From an uncultured Bacteroides sp. (GTDB lineage Bacteria > Bacteroidota > Bacteroidia > Bacteroidales > Muribaculaceae): a DNA stretch of 64,000 nt. Both the position numbers and the translations under genes were made by a program. Within the stretch, counting starts at the first letter, position 1. Every line of letters starts with the position of its first letter. Positions 1-8,091 of the stretch are shown here, piece after piece. The notes below the pieces were generated by a model. That model did no database searches, was not told the origin of the DNA, and worked only from the letters and a program-made list of their open reading frames with translations. The DNA lies in NCBI GenBank assembly GCA_964508865.1, contig CAZDVP010000001.1, positions 626 to 64,625 on the forward strand, in the 5' to 3' direction.

Positions 1-399
1 ATAGAGTCTGGTACGGCTTTGGCCGTGTGAGCTGTGAATCAATTTATTCTGACAACTCTGACACATAAGAGGCATATTTGATTTTCCATGAAGAAGCGTA
101 TATTTAGAATATTCACCCACATGGCCGCAAGAGCATCGGCACTGCCAGTTGTAAATATATCCTACGGCATTGTTCCATTTTATTTTTGAACCTCTTCCAA
201 GTACCATGAGCTGACCAAATGTTTTTCCGGTTAGGTCAATACCAGACGTGAATCTGGCCTCCGCAATTTCGTGAAGGACATCATCTAATTCAACCAGACA
301 ATATTGGATGGTATTTTTGATGTCTTCCCGGTTCTGCAATGGTTCAAGCGCATGGCGGACCTGCGCAAGTCTATTCTTTATCTGTTGTTTTGTTGCCAT
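1..399 (-). CDS. hypothetical Cys-rich protein (N-terminal part; gene runs off left edge)
   Basis: The reverse-complement ATG at 399-397 reads MATKQQIKNRL...GKTFGQLMVLGRG...WQCRCSCGH...CQSCQ with no stop down to position 1. It is missing from the ORF track because it is truncated. Confidence 0.5.
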   Translation of the reverse strand, partial: MATKQQIKNRLAQVRHALEPLQNREDIKNTIQYCLVELDDVLHEIAEARFTSGIDLTGKTFGQLMVLGRGSKIKWNNAVGYIYNWQCRCSCGHVGEYSKYTLLHGKSNMPLMCQSCQNKLIHSSHGQSRTRLY

Positions 400-400
400 G

Positions 401-796
401 TTATTTGTTTCCAAAATCTGCCGGAGTCTCACCCCATCTTCGATTGTCCCAATGTCTCACCTCAATCGTGTCAACATCGGCAGACAGAACTTTTAGGAAC
501 AATTCTGCTTTGATGAGATCCTTGTTCTTTTTACTTGATGCGGTAGACTTGGCATTAAACCATGCGATAGCCGTTTTGGAATCAGTGTAAATGATTCTGG
601 GGTGATAATCATTCTCAATGATGTATTTGACAGCCTCAACGACTGCTAAAAACTCACCAATGTTTACAGTCTGGTTTCCCAGATTACGATAGAAAATTCG
701 ATTACCTGTATTGAGATCAATAGCCTGATATTCGGTTATGCACGATTTAGTCGAATGAGCCGCATCAGTAGCGATGCCTTCAGTGGGCCGCTTCAT
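401..796 (-). CDS. RNase H (type 1)-like protein
   Basis: The 131-aa ORF has a DEDD-like pattern: ATDAAHS, NIGEFLAVVEA, IYTDSKTAI, HWDNRRWGETPADFGNK. Confidence 0.6.
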   Translation of the reverse strand: MKRPTEGIATDAAHSTKSCITEYQAIDLNTGNRIFYRNLGNQTVNIGEFLAVVEAVKYIIENDYHPRIIYTDSKTAIAWFNAKSTASSKKNKDLIKAELFLKVLSADVDTIEVRHWDNRRWGETPADFGNK

Positions 797-1362
797 TTAC
801 GTTTACGGTTTTTCGTAAACCGATCGTTTTCCATGAGAGTCAAAATCTCGTTGGCAGCGTTTTTGAAATCATCTACAACCTGTAGGAGATTCACAACATC
901 CATGCGCTTTTCCAGTACAGACAGACATTCAGGGAGATTGCGTACTGAAGGTTTCTTTCCGGAGTAAGGGTCGAATAAGATGACTTTGTTGCCGAATCGG
1001 GCTTCAACCTGGTAGGTGCGGTTCTTGTCATATTTAGTAATCACCTGCGCCTTAAACTGAGTGGGGTCGGCTGCTATAACTACATATCCACTGAATGTTC
1101 CGTCTGGCTTTGTAGCCATCGGAATCAGAGTACAGTCATAAAGTACATTGGGGAAGATTTGGCCGGCAAGGAGTTTGTCGATGATACATACCTTTTTGGG
1201 GTACTGGGAGTCTTGTCGAACTCCGCAAATACGGCCTGTTTTGGGATTCTGAGAGACGAAGCTGATTAGTGCGCCCGTCTCCTCTGACTTAACGAATTTG
1301 AGTTTCGTATAGACTCGCGTTGTTTTGCTCTGTTCGGGCGTGTTATTTGTTACGCTTTTCAT
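793..1362 (-). CDS. hypothetical protein
   Basis: A 189-aa ORF whose stop overlaps the downstream start. A TAACTTTG promoter box lies about 80 nt upstream. Confidence 0.6.
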   Translation of the reverse strand: MKSVTNNTPEQSKTTRVYTKLKFVKSEETGALISFVSQNPKTGRICGVRQDSQYPKKVCIIDKLLAGQIFPNVLYDCTLIPMATKPDGTFSGYVVIAADPTQFKAQVITKYDKNRTYQVEARFGNKVILFDPYSGKKPSVRNLPECLSVLEKRMDVVNLLQVVDDFKNAANEILTLMENDRFTKNRKRK

Positions 1363-1440
1363 GTGTTGAAAATGTTTAGATATTTCAATTGTTCTTAATG
1401 TAGTTACTAATTACACTCCTAAAAGTGCGGAACTGCTATG

Positions 1441-1448
1441 CAAAGTTA
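1441..1448 (-). promoter_or_regulatory. Bacteroidota-type -7 promoter box (TAACTTTG, within CTAACTTTGC)
   Basis: The reverse complement of caaagtta matches the TAnnTTTG consensus. The same 10-mer recurs at 3336, 21990 and 29049. Confidence 0.45.
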
Positions 1449-1474
1449 GCTCTAAAAACTGTGTTTTCCAAATA

Positions 1475-1527
1475 AAAAATCGACTTAATGCGTTGGTTAT
1501 CAGCCATTTCGCATTAAGTCGATTTTT
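1475..1527 (-). terminator. intrinsic terminator hairpin
   Basis: An 18-bp perfect stem (aaaaatcgacttaatgcg / cgcattaagtcgattttt) is followed by a T-run on the minus strand. It lies downstream of 1608..1919. Confidence 0.65.
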
Positions 1528-1607
1528 AGAATTTGATATGCTAACTATAAGATAGTCAGATGAATATTCGTTGTTATGAAATTATTTCATCGTTATAGAA
1601 AGATTTT

Positions 1608-1919
1608 TCAATAATCTGCCTCTTTTTCTTCCTCCAGACGCTTAACATCAGGATAATCGAACACATTTTCATCATTCCTCACCGATATTGTTTGGACTTC
1701 ATATCCATCATCAGCAAGTTTAGTAATGTATTCCAAACATCCTTTTGGAAACGATACTTTTGGTACAGCATCATTGATTAGAGTTAATGATAACGATGCG
1801 GCCACTTTTTTGGAATCTTCAAAGAGTGCGACATATTCGTCACCTACTCTGAAGAGAAGAATGGCCGTCGGGCACAACCGTTTGTAATGGTTGTATGCGT
1901 CAATTTGATTCTTACTCAT
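1608..1919 (-). CDS. MutS domain I-like small protein
   Basis: 103 aa. The segment YKRLCPTAILLFRVGDEYVALFEDSKKVAASLSLTL parallels the MutS N-terminal LK..[21 protein letters not shown]...s..L.i.LT. There are no other MutS domains. Confidence 0.5.
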   Translation of the reverse strand: MSKNQIDAYNHYKRLCPTAILLFRVGDEYVALFEDSKKVAASLSLTLINDAVPKVSFPKGCLEYITKLADDGYEVQTISVRNDENVFDYPDVKRLEEEKEADY

Positions 1920-1931
1920 AGTTCCGAGGTA

Positions 1932-2288
1932 TTATAGTTTAATAGCAGCTGCGGCACATTTGTCGCAGAGGCCGTTATTTCTTGTATAGACACGTTTTGC
2001 AATACGCCGATCGCACTGCTCGCAATAGTAGTACCTCTTTGCTTTGCAGTATGCGGCATTACGTACTTTCTCCTCGCTAACTGCATAATGTTCACTCAGT
2101 CTTGCAATAATATGAGCGGCTCTGAACTTATCTTTATGCCTGAGCCGTTTGAAGTCTTGCTTTATTAGTAAATCTAACGCGACCGAATCGTTAAGCAGCT
2201 GCATGGAGTATAGTTTTTGAAGATCAAATTGTGAAACACCGGTAACTTCTGCCAACTTTTCAAAGTCTGATTCTTTCAGTCGGATCAT
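1932..2288 (-). CDS. hypothetical protein with C-terminal Cys4 zinc ribbon
   Basis: 118-aa ORF with CEQCDRR...GLCDKC at the C-terminus. Confidence 0.55.
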   Translation of the reverse strand: MIRLKESDFEKLAEVTGVSQFDLQKLYSMQLLNDSVALDLLIKQDFKRLRHKDKFRAAHIIARLSEHYAVSEEKVRNAAYCKAKRYYYCEQCDRRIAKRVYTRNNGLCDKCAAAAIKL

Positions 2289-2533
2289 TCATTCTTGTTT
2301 TTTCGGTATTTTTTGATACTGAGAATCGCCCACCCAATAAGGCAGCACAATCCAATGCCCAGAATACCAAAAATGAACATCCCAGGCTCACAATTACGAG
2401 TTAGCCAAGACACTAAAGCAAGCAGTCCAATGATTACCCATAGTGCCGCTACAAATACGAATAGGAGTGCAAATCCATATATTGTTTTGTAGACAGATGG
2501 CTCTTTATGTAGTAATTTCTTAAACAAGTTCAT
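2285..2533 (-). CDS. small membrane protein
   Basis: Two hydrophobic helices. The likely start is MNLFKK at 2533; the track ORF extends to 2572. Confidence 0.5.
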   Translation of the reverse strand: MNLFKKLLHKEPSVYKTIYGFALLFVFVAALWVIIGLLALVSWLTRNCEPGMFIFGILGIGLCCLIGWAILSIKKYRKNKNE

Positions 2534-2894
2534 GCTGGTATAGGAAATAAATGATGTAAATAGATGTTGCAAATGACAATATGGCCGAAAATATGGCTAT
2601 AAACGGTCGGCATAATTTGCTGATATTCTCATCCGTGTCAAATTCATTCCTGTGATAAAGCCAGTAAGCTACCAATAGGCTCAATCCTGTTACTATGCCG
2701 CCAATAATCAAAAAAGAAACCCCTATGATAAATTGTGACATGAGACTTTCAGACTTGAAGAATGTAAAAACTGCCGTCAGTAATGATGCAACTTCCCCAA
2801 ATAGAAATCCCTCTATTACAAGGAATAAGCCAGTATAGAAAAGCCCCATCATTATTGTCTGCTGCATTACGATTTTAGATACTTTGCTGTTCAT
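2520..2894 (-). CDS. membrane protein
   Basis: 124 aa with about four hydrophobic segments. Confidence 0.55.
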   Translation of the reverse strand: MNSKVSKIVMQQTIMMGLFYTGLFLVIEGFLFGEVASLLTAVFTFFKSESLMSQFIIGVSFLIIGGIVTGLSLLVAYWLYHRNEFDTDENISKLCRPFIAIFSAILSFATSIYIIYFLYQHELV

Positions 2895-2897
2895 ACA

Positions 2898-3320
2898 TTA
2901 TTTAGGTTTAATGTTAATATTACACTCATAAGCCTGACACAATGACAAAAACAAGTCAATCGTAATTACTTGACGCTTATTAACCACATTGCAGATTGAA
3001 GTGGGCGAAAATCCGGTCATTTCCGCTAATGTGGCTACTGTCCAGTTTGATTCTTTATGCTTAGTCAGAAACCATTTTAACAAGTCATCGTAATGCTCGA
3101 TTTTAACCGATCTCCCAGGACCTTTCCCTTGAATGTACACACAAAATCCTAATGCGTCCAGATACTTAATGGCAAGTTCCATTTTATAATTATTGAACGC
3201 TGTTTCAAGACGTTGCAACTGGTTAAAATTGAACCCTGCTTGACGGCACAATTCATTCTTACCCAGGCCAACATTTTCTCGTGTTGCTCCTAATTTAGTG
3301 CTAAATTCTATTCTGTTCAT
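2898..3320 (-). CDS. XRE-family HTH transcriptional regulator (repressor-like)
   Basis: 140 aa with two HTH-like segments (GKNELCRQAGFNFNQLQRLE; TLAEMTGFSPTSICNVVN). It is divergent from 3397..3702 and a palindromic operator lies between them. Confidence 0.65.
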   Translation of the reverse strand: MNRIEFSTKLGATRENVGLGKNELCRQAGFNFNQLQRLETAFNNYKMELAIKYLDALGFCVYIQGKGPGRSVKIEHYDDLLKWFLTKHKESNWTVATLAEMTGFSPTSICNVVNKRQVITIDLFLSLCQAYECNINIKPK

Positions 3321-3336
3321 TGTAAATTATTTGATG

Positions 3337-3344
3337 CAAAGTTA
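3337..3344 (-). promoter_or_regulatory. -7 promoter box TAACTTTG for repressor-like gene
   Basis: Matches TAnnTTTG and lies 17 nt upstream of the ATG at 3320. Confidence 0.45.
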
Positions 3345-3352
3345 GCCATAAA

Positions 3353-3369
3353 ATTTGGTAGTTACAAAT
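3353..3369. promoter_or_regulatory. candidate operator ATTTGGTAGTTACAAAT (ATTTG-N7-CAAAT)
   Basis: It sits between the divergent promoters. An exact reverse-complement copy is at 22443..22459 and a copy with one mismatch is at 22007..22023. Confidence 0.5.
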
Positions 3370-3377
3370 ATAAAACA

Positions 3378-3385
3378 TAACTTTG
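3378..3385 (+). promoter_or_regulatory. -7 promoter box TAACTTTG
   Basis: Matches TAnnTTTG and lies 12 nt upstream of the ATG at 3397. Confidence 0.45.
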
Positions 3386-3396
3386 CAGAAAAAAGT

Positions 3397-3702
3397 ATGG
3401 GAAACGTAATGAAATGTCGGCTTTGTAGTTATGTGGGCCAAAAATTAAAGAAACTGTATGCTCATCAACTTATCCATTTCCCGGAACTTGCTCCCGAAGA
3501 ACTGGAGAGGAATATGAGCAAATACTATTCCGTGTATCATAGGTCCAAACGAGCTACTGAACCGACATCTCATCCAGTAAAGAATGATCCAATGTCAATC
3601 CACATTGCCTCCTCACGGGTAAAACAAGTTTATCCGAAATTCAGCACTGAGGGCGGCATGGCAAACGATGACTACCAATATGGTCTCAGTGAAAAAGATT
3701 AG
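3397..3702 (+). CDS. small C2H2-like zinc-finger protein
   Basis: MGNVMKCRLCSYVGQKLKKLYAHQLIH. The first ATG follows the promoter box; the track ORF starts at 3355. Confidence 0.5.
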   Translation: MGNVMKCRLCSYVGQKLKKLYAHQLIHFPELAPEELERNMSKYYSVYHRSKRATEPTSHPVKNDPMSIHIASSRVKQVYPKFSTEGGMANDDYQYGLSEKD

Positions 3703-3859
3703 CCAGATTCATCTCTTTATCAACAGCGTCATTGATAGTTATTTGACTTGACTCAGACATCACACCGACATCAACAAGCCCTTGCGCGGCGTTCTTGATC
3801 AACTGGAGGCGTTCCTTGGTCTTCCAGTCTTCATTGATAGTTATAACCTGTTCGTTCAT
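3686..3859 (-). CDS. hypothetical protein
   Basis: The internal start MNEQVITIN at 3859 abuts the stop of 3861..4115. The upstream part of the track ORF overlaps that gene. Confidence 0.4.
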   Translation of the reverse strand: MNEQVITINEDWKTKERLQLIKNAAQGLVDVGVMSESSQITINDAVDKEMNLANLFH

Positions 3860-3860
3860 A

Positions 3861-4115
3861 CTATTTTGGTTTAGGTTTTCTTTTCGGTGTAGCAAAATCC
3901 TCGATGCCATTGCGAAGTTTGTCGATCTCATTCTCAAACCAGTCCATTTCCTCAATGGCACTTTGCATTGCCTCCCCGGTTTTGGAACATTGGAGACCAT
4001 CGGGCAAATTGTCGTATGCTTCCTGTTCTTCATCTCGAATCTCCCGAAGTCTGGACGTGGCATCGTCGATAAGTGAGCAAACTTCCAGTAATTCTTCTCG
4101 TCTTTGTTTGTTCAT
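3861..4115 (-). CDS. hypothetical acidic coiled-coil protein
   Basis: 84-aa ORF preceded by a terminator and intergenic gap. Confidence 0.55.
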   Translation of the reverse strand: MNKQRREELLEVCSLIDDATSRLREIRDEEQEAYDNLPDGLQCSKTGEAMQSAIEEMDWFENEIDKLRNGIEDFATPKRKPKPK

Positions 4116-4150
4116 ATCAAAATAAAGTAGTAAATTTGCGGAGTAAAAAA

Positions 4151-4186
4151 GATGGTGGTCAGAGTTTGCGGCCCCAAACCACCATC
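4151..4186 (-). terminator. intrinsic terminator hairpin
   Basis: A 9-bp stem (gatggtggt / accaccatc) with a T-run after it on the minus strand. It lies downstream of 4214..4429. Confidence 0.55.
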
Positions 4187-4213
4187 TGAGTTCCGAGTAT
4201 TAGACTGTGCTTA

Positions 4214-4429
4214 TTACGCCAGCTCCAAGTCTGAATCCCTTGCAATTCCTTTTAGAACAGTGCCATCAACTTCAACGCGATAGTACGACTCGTGTTCGTC
4301 CGTATCGTTCTCGCTGAAAGAGGTGTAGACTTTCTTTATCTTGCCGACCTTGCCACGATATTGAGGCTGTAGGTCGTTGCTCAGGATTTTTACCCGGTCG
4401 TTATTTTTGAATTTACTTGCTTTCATCAA
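4214..4429 (-). CDS. hypothetical protein
   Basis: 71-aa ORF whose start overlaps the stop of the upstream gene. Confidence 0.5.
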   Translation of the reverse strand: MMKASKFKNNDRVKILSNDLQPQYRGKVGKIKKVYTSFSENDTDEHESYYRVEVDGTVLKGIARDSDLELA

Positions 4430-4701
4430 TTCTTTATACGTTTAAGAGTTGATTTTTCTTTCCATGCCAGATAATCAGTTCTGGCCTGTGACAAAAACTC
4501 AGTGGGTTTGATTTTAAGGTCTTCCACCCTAACAATGGGTATTCCATCGTAGGAAATGTAGATGCGACCGTCAAATTCAGTCACATTGATGTTTTCACGA
4601 GCGGTCAAATCATTGTAAGCGACACGCATTGCTTCATCATTTTTGCGAATGGACTCGCGCTTCTTTGCGACCCACTGACAGATGTTGTTAAATAAGTTCA
4701 T
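4426..4701 (-). CDS. hypothetical protein
   Basis: 91-aa ORF in a tightly packed minus-strand operon. Confidence 0.5.
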   Translation of the reverse strand: MNLFNNICQWVAKKRESIRKNDEAMRVAYNDLTARENINVTEFDGRIYISYDGIPIVRVEDLKIKPTEFLSQARTDYLAWKEKSTLKRIKN

Positions 4702-4750
4702 TTCATAACTGTTGAAATTTAAGTGGATAATGTACGGTATAACCGCTATT

Positions 4751-4948
4751 TCAATTATGTGTGACAGTATCTCCGATTCGGTTGATACTTACATCTTGTA
4801 TTTGTAAGCCACCTTCAGACTCATCGTTAAGTTCAAGATGAGTGTTGATACGCTTCTTGATTTCTTCAAGAGCAGACGTATCATCCATAGCATCAGGAAC
4901 AACGACTTCGATAGTGGCCGTAACATCAACGGATATTGTTCGTGACAT
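4751..4948 (-). CDS. hypothetical acidic protein
   Basis: 65-aa ORF adjacent to 4951. Confidence 0.45.
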   Translation of the reverse strand: MSRTISVDVTATIEVVVPDAMDDTSALEEIKKRINTHLELNDESEGGLQIQDVSINRIGDTVTHN

Positions 4949-4950
4949 AG

Positions 4951-5724
4951 CTATCGTGTTTCAAAGTCAAACATATTTTCCTGACAGTTGGGGCAATACC
5001 ATTTATAGTCCATCTCAGTCTCGTGAATCTCTGGGAGTAATTCACCGTGACAATGAGGGCAATATTTCTCTTGTCCGATCGGGAGTACCGGATAGAGCCA
5101 GTCTATAGGAACTTCGTCGGGCAGTTCGCCTGTTTGATCGTCGAATAGAATATAGGGGGTAAGGCCAAGCCCGGCTTGACCATCTACACATGGCCCCTCC
5201 CCAATGTATTGAGTAACCTTGAAAATTCCCAATGGTTCATCACCTTCAGCAACGACATAGACTGTTTTATCAGGCTCCAATTCATCAATAAACTGTGCCT
5301 TACGACAACGAATGATATTCTCATCAACAGTGCGGAGATTATCCCAGGCATTAAAATATTCGAGACTTATCCCGGCAGCTGTTAATTCATCCTCGGCCAC
5401 ATCTTCCCAGTCATGATAGCCATAGTCAAGAATTTCAATGAAGTTCTTACCGTCAAAATCAAGAAGTTTGTCCACGAGAATGGTGCCGAAGAAATTAACA
5501 GTCACATTCTCTTCAATAGTGGAAAGCTGGCCGGTGTCTTCATCAGAGTGGCGAATGTCATATCCTATCCATTTTGCCGGAAGAGTTGATTTGTCTATCC
5601 GTCCTTCGATTAGCATTGCAGTTACAATCTCTGTCCTGCTATTGTCAAATCGGGAAGGGATTGTGAGGTCGATAAACTGAGGCTTAAACTCTTTATCATC
5701 TATTAGTTGTTTCCACGTTTTCAT
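4951..5724 (-). CDS. hypothetical protein with C-terminal zinc ribbon
   Basis: The likely start is MKTWKQ at 5724. The C-terminus reads CPHCHGE...YCPNCQ. Confidence 0.55.
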   Translation of the reverse strand: MKTWKQLIDDKEFKPQFIDLTIPSRFDNSRTEIVTAMLIEGRIDKSTLPAKWIGYDIRHSDEDTGQLSTIEENVTVNFFGTILVDKLLDFDGKNFIEILDYGYHDWEDVAEDELTAAGISLEYFNAWDNLRTVDENIIRCRKAQFIDELEPDKTVYVVAEGDEPLGIFKVTQYIGEGPCVDGQAGLGLTPYILFDDQTGELPDEVPIDWLYPVLPIGQEKYCPHCHGELLPEIHETEMDYKWYCPNCQENMFDFETR

Positions 5725-5989
5725 ACTGTCGAACTGTTGGTTTATAAGTCCATTTATAGATTGCGGATTTCTTAGGGGTTGGTACACCATCCCAAATGAG
5801 ATATTCCATAACACGAGGCTTTTCAGATAGAACTATGCCTGGAGTATACTCGTGAGCATAGGTTATCAATTCGTGCAAAGAATCTCCCCAGACTTTGAAC
5901 TCACGGAGTTTATGGTGACTGCCGTCCTCACAATCCAAAGCGGTCATTTGAAGGAATAATTTATTCCATTGAGGTTTTGTATGAATCAT
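5696..5989 (-). CDS. hypothetical protein
   Basis: 97-aa ORF whose start overlaps the upstream stop. Confidence 0.5.
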   Translation of the reverse strand: MIHTKPQWNKLFLQMTALDCEDGSHHKLREFKVWGDSLHELITYAHEYTPGIVLSEKPRVMEYLIWDGVPTPKKSAIYKWTYKPTVRQYENVETTNR

Positions 5990-6288
5990 TTACGTTTCTT
6001 TTTAGGATTTAACTTCCCAGCCTCAAACAGCTGCTGTTTTCTGTTGCGATATTCACGCTTTTTCTGCGCCCAGTATTCAGCAGTACGCTTCGGCTGTTTT
6101 GATCTTGGTTGGGGGTGGAGGATGTTTTGAACGCTACGTTTACTACACCCAAACATCTCAGCCAATTTACGATGGCTAAAACCATCTTCATGCAGGAGCT
6201 TAATTGCTTCTTTCTGTTCTTTCGATAGTTTACATCTCCGGTCCAGTTTGGTTCCTGCGATTTTTATTTTTTCGCTCTTGTAGGGCAT
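5986..6288 (-). CDS. small HTH DNA-binding protein
   Basis: The segment SKEQKEAIKLLHEDGFSHRKLAEMFGCSKRSVQNIL is a resolvase/IS-type HTH pattern. The C-terminus is basic. Confidence 0.5.
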   Translation of the reverse strand: MPYKSEKIKIAGTKLDRRCKLSKEQKEAIKLLHEDGFSHRKLAEMFGCSKRSVQNILHPQPRSKQPKRTAEYWAQKKREYRNRKQQLFEAGKLNPKKKRK

Positions 6289-6365
6289 TTATCTATTTTT
6301 CATACACTAAAAATTAAAGCCGACCTTCTGAATTTGGAGTGATTCTATAAAATGATCAATGTGTT

Positions 6366-6448
6366 GATCCAGAAAGGTGTCTTCTGAAAGAAGACAAATG
6401 TGCCTCCTCCTCTGGAAAGTGGAGGAGGCAATGATTCGTTTCTGGATC
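6366..6448 (+). ncRNA. structured module A1 (three-way junction)
   Basis: P1 is GATCCAGAAA/TTTCTGGATC, P2 is GTCTTC-tgaaa-GAAGAC, and P3 is GCCTCCTCC/GGAGGAGGC. A TCTATAAAATG box lies 14 nt upstream. The strand is inferred from other family members. Confidence 0.4.
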
Positions 6449-6549
6449 TGCTGAACTTAATTCATCAAGTACGGCAAGTTCACTCAAACTGTTTATTATT
6501 TCCCATAGTCAATCAGATACGGAGCGTTTCTATAAATTGTTCATATCAG

Positions 6550-6633
6550 TCCTGCCTACGAAGGATGCTCTGACCACAGAGGTTGGCCGGGAAGGGCCAT
6601 ATCTGTTGGTCCGAGCATCGTGTCTAAGCAGGA
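6550..6633 (+). ncRNA. structured module A2 (long interrupted hairpin)
   Basis: Nested stems TCCTGC/GCAGGA, GATGCTC/GAGCATC, GACC.ACAGA/TCTGT.GGTC and TGGCC/GGCCA. It is preceded by TCTATAAATTGTTCATA. Confidence 0.4.
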
Positions 6634-6716
6634 GCGATTAAATTCATCTGTCTAACTATGTAAATCCGCTCTATTTAGCCATCTTACAAGCCGAGGTGTT
6701 TATCTAATTTGTTCAT

Positions 6717-6808
6717 ATCTGGCGGAATTTGCATTTGTCATGTCATCCGAAAGATGATCTGACAGAGATCAATGTCGGATGACATGGCGAAGATCAAAGC
6801 CGCTGGAT
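6717..6808 (+). ncRNA. structured module A3 (long hairpin)
   Basis: The outer stem ATCTGGCGG/CCGCTGGAT has 2 G.U pairs that work only on the plus strand. The inner 12-bp stem is CATGTCATCCGA/TCGGATGACATG. It is preceded by TAATTTGTTCATA. Confidence 0.45.
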
Positions 6809-6858
6809 TGAATAACGCTTGTCTGATGGCTCACTGACTCACCCAAGTCTTGTTTCAA

Positions 6859-8049
6859 TTATCGACGAGGACGGCGATTCTTATTGATTTCACGCATCAG
6901 TTTTCGTGCCTCGCTCTGCTTGGCCCACTCACGCTTGGTCTCTTCGTAGTTGAAGTTGTTATACTTCAAGAACTCTTTCAGGAGGCCGAGCATTTCGTAA
7001 CCATAGTCGTTCACACCACGATTGACAAGTTCAGTAGCCTTGCGCTCCAGTGCGGCAAGCGACTCTTCCTGCTGAATGAAGTGACGTACATCTCGGTAGG
7101 AGCGGATGCAAGTGTCACCACTTGCGTTGACTTGCAACAGGCAGTTCTCGAAGAGGATTAAGTCCTTGATTGTGTAGTATGCGCCGGCAGCTTTGTATGC
7201 GTTCATAAACGAAGGACACATTTCCGGATAGTAGACGATACCTCGACGAAGTGCACTGAACTTCTGAACCGCAGCATAAAGAGTCTTAGGGAGTTTGGAG
7301 ACGGATATTGTCCGGATTGCAGTTTCAAGCGTTTTGTAGAATGAGAGAAGTTCATCGGTATGGATGCCTTTGCCATTGTTCATCCAATTGCAACGCAGTT
7401 TGACATATTTGCGACCCTTGTGATTACGTTGAGGCATATTCTCGATATACTTCTTCAGACTGCTGAGGAAGTGGTTTGCCATATCAAGAGCGATGGTCTT
7501 GTTGTACCAGCGATTACGGTCTTCGTAACCCTCGGTGTCGTTGTCAGCCGCCATCTTCTGCTGACGCTTCAGGTCGTTGAGAAGAACATCCCAGCTGTAG
7601 TCGTAGCCCTTGCGCTTCAGCATATCGTGAAAACCGACTGTGAGATTGCGACGGCCCTCCTTGTAGAAGAGCATCTGGAGACACTGTGAAGGAATCCAGC
7701 GGCGGACAATGCCCTCGACTTCGATGTAGCCGTCTGCCTCGATTTTATCAATGAGGCCGGCGATGATACGAGCGGCATTAGGAGACGAGAGGGCGGCAGA
7801 GAGTGTCTCCTCAATGCTTGATGCTCCAGAGACAGGAACACGATCGGTGCAGTGAACCGAGGTACAAGCGAGACCGCTGGGTTCAGTGGGAAGCACGACC
7901 GTTCCGAGGCCGCTATCCTTGCCGATAGCCATACCAGACACCGGGTGCTGGTTAGCCGGGATGATGATTTCTGCGCCACAGTTGGAGCAGATTACTTTGG
8001 TTGTAGACTGAGTGTTGTTCATACGATTTGATGATTTCTTTGTTGCCAT
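6859..8049 (-). CDS. hypothetical protein with N-terminal zinc ribbon
   Basis: 396-aa ORF with CSNCGAEIIIP near the N-terminus and a basic C-terminal tail. I recognise no family. Confidence 0.65.
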   Translation of the reverse strand: MATKKSSNRMNNTQSTTKVICSNCGAEIIIPANQHPVSGMAIGKDSGLGTVVLPTEPSGLACTSVHCTDRVPVSGASSIEETLSAALSSPNAARIIAGLIDKIEADGYIEVEGIVRRWIPSQCLQMLFYKEGRRNLTVGFHDMLKRKGYDYSWDVLLNDLKRQQKMAADNDTEGYEDRNRWYNKTIALDMANHFLSSLKKYIENMPQRNHKGRKYVKLRCNWMNNGKGIHTDELLSFYKTLETAIRTISVSKLPKTLYAAVQKFSALRRGIVYYPEMCPSFMNAYKAAGAYYTIKDLILFENCLLQVNASGDTCIRSYRDVRHFIQQEESLAALERKATELVNRGVNDYGYEMLGLLKEFLKYNNFNYEETKREWAKQSEARKLMREINKNRRPRR

Positions 8050-8091
8050 TTCTGTAATTATTATGAGTTTGTAAATTGATTGTTTGTTTTT

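Noticed and set aside
6536-6545. Tiny minus-strand ORFs starting at the recurring ATGAACAA motif (reverse complement of TTGTTCAT), for example MNNL* and MNKLDKHLGL*
   Set aside because: The peptides are 4-30 aa and share nothing beyond the first two residues. The motif is better explained as a promoter or initiator element of the plus-strand modules.
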